Shown in pieces: positions 59,544-64,000 of a DNA stretch of 64,000 nt. The position numbers and the translations under genes are program-made. Numbering within the stretch: the stretch's first letter is position 1; every line of letters begins with the position of its first letter. The notes beneath the pieces were generated by a model. That model was not told the origin of the DNA and searched no databases. It saw only the letters and a list, made by a program, of their open reading frames with translations. This DNA comes from Limnohabitans sp. (lineage in GTDB: Bacteria > Pseudomonadota > Gammaproteobacteria > Burkholderiales > Burkholderiaceae_C), in NCBI RefSeq assembly GCF_017848645.1, contig NZ_JAFEIF010000077.1, positions 38,398-102,397 on the forward strand. The letters are read 5' to 3'.

Positions 59544-60045
59544 GGTTCTCAGCAGGACTGCTCGATGGTTGTCTTTAGAAAAGGGCTGTGAATTGCTTGT
59601 CAACAGATCAGAAAAGGTCTTTGAATCCAGTATGTTCAAAGATCATATGAACATCAGCAACCCAAGTACATCAGCCAATTGGAGTACTCTGGTATTTATA
59701 TTGTATTAAATTATTGGTTTCATATTAATGATAAATTCATCAAAACTCTGGCGGCTAAATGGCTTTGAGATGACTCGTATTTAAGTAGATCTTGCGACAA
59801 CTCCAAGTCTGCGATGGGTACGCCCCAACCCCTGAGGCCTTGACGTCAAGAGGGTTTGCCCGAACTTTATGGATTTGGTCCTTTGGCTTTGAAAAAGGCC
59901 GCCTTACGCAAACACGGATGGCCTTTTTCCGGTATTGACTCACAATGAAAAATTGAAAAAATTGCGCGCCCGTTACCCGATGCACCCATAGCCTCCTTCC
60001 AGTTCGCAATTCCCGACGGGCGCTTTTTAAACATCAGGAGACCCC

Positions 60046-61017
60046 ATGAAAACCACCATCCGTTTGACACTGTGTGCTGTGGCATTGGCATGTACAGCTG
60101 CGCACGCCCAGAACTTTCCCACCCGACCCATCACCCTGGTCGTGCCCTTTGCGGCAGGCGGCCCGACCGATGTGGTGGCCCGCATGATGGCCATCCCCAT
60201 GGGCAAGTCACTGGGCCAATCGGTCGTTGTGGAAAACGTCAACGGCGCAGGTGGCACCGTGGGAGCCACCAAGGTCGCACGCGCCGCACCGAACGGTTAC
60301 ACCATCTTCCTGCACCACATGGGCATGTCCACATCGCCAGCGCTCTACAAGAAACTCAGCTTTGATCCACTCACCGATTTTGAATACATCGGCCAGGTGC
60401 TGGATGTGCCGATGACGCTGATTGCCCGCAAGGACATTCCCGCCAACAACCTGCAAGAATTGATCGCCTACATCAAGGCCAACGAAAAGAAGGTTTCATT
60501 GGCCGATGCCGGGCTGGGCGCGGTGTCCAACCTGTGCGGCCTGATGTTCAAGAGTGCCATCGGCGTCAACATCAACACCATCCCTTACAAGGGTACTGGC
60601 CCCGCCATGAACGACCTGCTCGGTGGCCAAGTGGATGTGCTGTGCGACCAGACCACACAAACGGTGCCCATGATCAAAGACGGCCGCGTCAAAGTGTTCG
60701 GTGTGACCACGCTCAAGCGTCTGGCCGCATTGCCCAATGTGCCCACACTCGACGAGCAAGGCCTAAAAGGCTTTGAAGTGAAGGTCTGGCACGGCATGTA
60801 CGCCCCCAAAGGCACGCCAGCGCCGGTGCTGACGCAAATCAACACCGCCATGCGCGCTGCCATGGCCGAGCCTTCGATCGTCCAGCGCCTGGGCGAACTC
60901 AGCTCAGAAATCCCAACGGTCGACAAGATGACCCCCAAAGGCCTGGAAGACCACCTGAAAGCCGAGATCAACAAATGGGGGCCTGTCATCCGCAAGGCGG
61001 GGGTTTCTGCCGATTGA
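60046..61017 (+). CDS. Bug/TctC tripartite tricarboxylate transporter substrate-binding protein
   Basis: FPTRPITLVVPFAAGGPTD, VENVNGAGG, IPYKGTGPA, DLLGGQVD, PNVPT. Confidence 0.93.
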   Translation: MKTTIRLTLCAVALACTAAHAQNFPTRPITLVVPFAAGGPTDVVARMMAIPMGKSLGQSVVVENVNGAGGTVGATKVARAAPNGYTIFLHHMGMSTSPALYKKLSFDPLTDFEYIGQVLDVPMTLIARKDIPANNLQELIAYIKANEKKVSLADAGLGAVSNLCGLMFKSAIGVNINTIPYKGTGPAMNDLLGGQVDVLCDQTTQTVPMIKDGRVKVFGVTTLKRLAALPNVPTLDEQGLKGFEVKVWHGMYAPKGTPAPVLTQINTAMRAAMAEPSIVQRLGELSSEIPTVDKMTPKGLEDHLKAEINKWGPVIRKAGVSAD

Positions 61018-61063
61018 GCTTGGGTTTGCCCTCCACGCAACGGCAGACCTGCATCCGACCATG

Positions 61064-61095
61064 AAAAAACCCACCGAGTTGCCAAGGTGGGTTTT
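61064..61095. terminator. Bidirectional terminator between Bug gene and IPTL-CTERM gene
   Basis: AAAACCCACC/GGTGGGTTTT stem. Confidence 0.75.
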
Positions 61096-61116
61096 GTTCA
61101 AGTTGCAGTGATCAGG

Positions 61117-62187
61117 TCACTGAGGGCGAATCCTGCGGATCGCGAACATCGCCAACAAGCTGGCCAACAACAGCATGGCCCATTCGGACAACGTGGGAAT
61201 GGCTGTGGGTGGGTTGGTGGTGCAGGTGACCGAGACGCCAGTTACATTGGCTGTTGCGGTGCCGCTGCCCGTGGTCACGGCACAGGTCTGGCCTGTAGGT
61301 TGGGTGCCAACGGTCACGGCATAGGCACTGCCACTGTTGATGGCCGTGCTGAACGTGAAACTGCCATTGGCATTGACCGTGGTGCTGTTACCGCCATTGT
61401 TCAGCAGAACTACCGACTTACCGGACCCAAGACCTGAAACTGATCCACTCACCGTATACAAAGGTGGAATGTAAGTTGCAGAGGTCGTGACGTTGTCAAA
61501 TTCATTCCCGCCTGAAGACCCATTGGAAAAAACCACCTTGGTGAAATACAGGTTGGGGTCATCCAGCTGCAGGTTCACATAAAAACTGGGCTCAGTCTGG
61601 CCTGTGGCGTAGTAGCTGGCACCGCCATATGTTTGGCCATCCGAAGCCAATACGCTTTTGTTCTGGGCCTTTGTTCCTACCAGATTCACCATGCTGGAGG
61701 AGTCCAACGTGGCGATGACGCTGTTGCTGGAGTCGTAGAAGGTCCATGTATTACCGCCACTGACCCAAATAGAGTAAAACCCGATGTACCGGCTCGGCGT
61801 GGTCAGAGTAAATGTGACGGAGCTGTTGGTTCCTGTACCGATGAATTTATTGTCCAGAATGGCATTGCCGCTGCCGTCTCCAACGGAGATCCCAGAGCCC
61901 GTGGCCAGCCAGTTGCCAATTGCAGAGGATCCTGTGTTTTCGTTGGCGATTGAGCCGGTGCTAAACGAATCAAAATTTTCGGTCGTATAGCCTGCCAGTC
62001 CCTCGGAGGCGGAACGTTTGGCACCTGGAGGGGAGGGAAGAATGGTGACCGTTGCTGCCTGCGCGACGGTCTGTAATGCAATTGAAGCGGTCAGAAGCAG
62101 CGCAAAGCGCTTGATCGCCCTATTGAAGTTTGCTAACAAGGCTCTGCTGTCCATTGCGAACCATATTGAAGACAGTGAAGGTTTCAT
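61117..62187 (-). CDS. IPTL-CTERM sorting-domain surface protein
   Basis: Signal peptide; Ser/Thr/Gly-rich beta domains; C-terminal IPTLSEWAMLLL...RRIR. Start could be 62154. Confidence 0.88.
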   Translation of the reverse strand: MKPSLSSIWFAMDSRALLANFNRAIKRFALLLTASIALQTVAQAATVTILPSPPGAKRSASEGLAGYTTENFDSFSTGSIANENTGSSAIGNWLATGSGISVGDGSGNAILDNKFIGTGTNSSVTFTLTTPSRYIGFYSIWVSGGNTWTFYDSSNSVIATLDSSSMVNLVGTKAQNKSVLASDGQTYGGASYYATGQTEPSFYVNLQLDDPNLYFTKVVFSNGSSGGNEFDNVTTSATYIPPLYTVSGSVSGLGSGKSVVLLNNGGNSTTVNANGSFTFSTAINSGSAYAVTVGTQPTGQTCAVTTGSGTATANVTGVSVTCTTNPPTAIPTLSEWAMLLLASLLAMFAIRRIRPQ

Positions 62188-62357
62188 GGGTATCTTTCGT
62201 TGTGCTGCCCTGCACAGTCCAACAAAGATTTGTCGGACATTGCGTATAGAGTCCTTGATAATTTAAATCACCGAATTCATAAAAAATAACAATTTCTAAC
62301 AAACCATCCAGTACAGTTCACACGATTAACCCACCCCGTCTTTGTCACCCTGACGTC

Positions 62358-64000
62358 ATGTCGTTCCGCTCATTCGGTCTCCTCTGCAGGCTTTGGCTGA
62401 TTCCATGGGCTGTCATGCTGCTGCTCACAGGATGCCAGGCACCCGACGTCGAACAAAAGCCCCCGCTGATCCAATCCCAGGCATGGCGGATGGATGCGAG
62501 CGGCCAGGCAAGCCTGCAGGATGTGCAAAACACCACCGATTGGGTGCCATTGCCTGAATGGAAAAGCTGGGGCTTTGGTAGAGAGACGGTCTGGGTGCGC
62601 CTGGTGCTCAACGCGGCACCGCAGGAAACCCGCACCCCTTGGGTGGTGCGGGTTCGACCTGCATTTCTGGACTATGTGACGCTGTACGATCCTTGCGCTG
62701 GTCTAGTACTGCGAACCGGAGATGCACTGCCACCAGATCACGATGGTCTGGCTTCGATCAATTTCACCTTTCAGATACCACCTCTGCCCTACGAACGCAC
62801 GGTCTACTTGCAACTGCGTACCACCAGTGCCCGTACCCTGCATGTGGAGGTCCTGCCCTACGGCCAGGCGCAGCAGCTCAATCGCCTGCAGGAATGGCTG
62901 ATGGGTTTTGCGATGGTTTGCTCCATCATTTTTGCCCTCTGGGCATGCGCTCAATGGTGGGTGACGCGCGAAACTGTCATAGGGGCGTTTGCGCTGAAAC
63001 AGCTTTTCGCTGCGGCCTGGGCTTTTTTCATTTGGGGCTTTGCGCGTGTGGTGATCGGTCCGTGGCTGTCCGAGGGCGTGTTGACGACGATGGCATCCAC
63101 GGTTTTCATTGTGTTGATCGGTGTGACCCTTTGGTTCTTCAGCAAACTGATCCAGGGCTATCGACCTCCTGAGTTCGCATTGACGGCCATACACGGCTTG
63201 GCTTGCGTGGCAGTAATGTTGCCTTTTTTGCAATGGCTGGACCAGACGCATCTGATGCTGGCCCTGGCCAACAAAATGGTGGTGCTGGGATTTGGCTTGT
63301 TGATTTTTGTCCTTCTGACCGCGTATCCCCAGCGGGTCAAACAAGCCATACCGATTCAGGTGTTGCTGATTTACATGGTGGTTTACGGCACATTGAACTC
63401 ATTGCCCAGCCTCATCCATTTGGGTTGGATCGAAGCCAAGCCCATCGTGTTGTTTGGCAGCCTTGCACACACGGTGCTGGACGGTCTGGTCATGTTTGTC
63501 ATGTTGCAAATCCGCGCCAATGCATTGCGCAAGGAACAAATGCAGACGGCCCTAGACCTGCAAAGCAGCCAGCAGCTGGCCGGTGCCGAAAAACGGCAGC
63601 GCGAAGAACAAAGCCAGCTGTTTGCCATGCTGGCGCACGAGATGAAAACACCGCTGGCCACCTTGCGCATGTGGATGGAAGCCGGTCAGCTCAAACCCGA
63701 AACCATGGAACGCGCCATTGCCGACATGAACCAGGTGATTGAACGCTGTGTACACACGGGGCAGCTGGCCGATCAAGGCTTGCAAGCTTTGCCACAAGCC
63801 GTGGATGCCGAGTTGCTCACACGCAATTGCATCAGCAGTTGCCGCAGCCCTGAAAGGGTGGAACTGAAGGTGGCCGATCGAGGCGGATCTTTGCACACCG
63901 ATGCGCAAATGATGTCGATCGTGTTGGGCAATCTGCTGGACAACGCTTGCAAATACGGCGCTTTGGACAAGCCCATTCAAGTTACTTTGCAAAGCGCCCA
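62358..64000 (+). CDS. 7TM-DISM-type sensor histidine kinase, truncated by window end
   Basis: Manual translation, open from ATG 62358 to the end: SWGFGRETVWVRL / VRPAFLDYVTLY periplasmic domain, multiple TMs, H-box MLAHEMKTPL, N-box GNLLDNACKY. Confidence 0.88.
   Translation, partial: MSFRSFGLLCRLWLIPWAVMLLLTGCQAPDVEQKPPLIQSQAWRMDASGQASLQDVQNTTDWVPLPEWKSWGFGRETVWVRLVLNAAPQETRTPWVVRVRPAFLDYVTLYDPCAGLVLRTGDALPPDHDGLASINFTFQIPPLPYERTVYLQLRTTSARTLHVEVLPYGQAQQLNRLQEWLMGFAMVCSIIFALWACAQWWVTRETVIGAFALKQLFAAAWAFFIWGFARVVIGPWLSEGVLTTMASTVFIVLIGVTLWFFSKLIQGYRPPEFALTAIHGLACVAVMLPFLQWLDQTHLMLALANKMVVLGFGLLIFVLLTAYPQRVKQAIPIQVLLIYMVVYGTLNSLPSLIHLGWIEAKPIVLFGSLAHTVLDGLVMFVMLQIRANALRKEQMQTALDLQSSQQLAGAEKRQREEQSQLFAMLAHEMKTPLATLRMWMEAGQLKPETMERAIADMNQVIERCVHTGQLADQGLQALPQAVDAELLTRNCISSCRSPERVELKVADRGGSLHTDAQMMSIVLGNLLDNACKYGALDKPIQVTLQSA

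Noticed and set aside
62345-63992. Short track ORFs over 62.3-64 kb
   Set aside because: All are off-frame or antisense to the open kinase frame starting at 62358, which the track misses because it has no stop in the window.

Overview
Betaproteobacterial chromosomal window. Gene order and protein style point to Comamonadaceae, possibly Limnohabitans-like (inference). About 53 kb is core genome: partial gmhB, glySQ, lnt, corC; a GNAT / acyl-CoA ligase / MBL hydrolase locus; a Phe-Asn-Asp-Gly tRNA cluster; LemA-rsmB-DUF4390-ntrYX; the tRNA(Tyr,Gly,Thr)-tuf-tRNA(Trp)-secE-nusG-rplKAJL-rpoBC cluster; rpe-gph-trpE-trpG-ltaE-lysE-trpD-trpC-ung; apaG-thiL-pgpA-pncC; the spc and alpha ribosomal operons ending in tRNA-fMet; glpK, proC, ubiA. 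The last ~11 kb is a somewhat lower-GC, envelope-oriented accessory patch: ompW, VanZ-like, DUF1800/DUF1501, OmpA-domain protein, Bug/TctC, an IPTL-CTERM surface protein and a divergent, truncated 7TM-DISM histidine kinase. I saw no IS, integrase, prophage, rRNA or CRISPR. Best leads: (1) an unannotated 31-aa Trp-Pro-Trp leader peptide upstream of trpE, followed not by a U-tract terminator but by a hairpin that hides the trpE Shine-Dalgarno, i.e. candidate translational attenuation of a trp operon that also carries ltaE and lysE; (2) a single-domain Pat-like GNAT divergent from an acyl-CoA ligase bearing the PX4GK acetylation motif; (3) a 1-nt frameshift in gph; (4) tandem duplicated hairpins between rplL and rpoB; (5) two FNR-like boxes at ompW; (6) the uncharacterised DUF1800/DUF1501/VanZ and IPTL-CTERM/kinase modules. 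All calls are by eye from the sequence and ORF track; no searches or folding programs were run.
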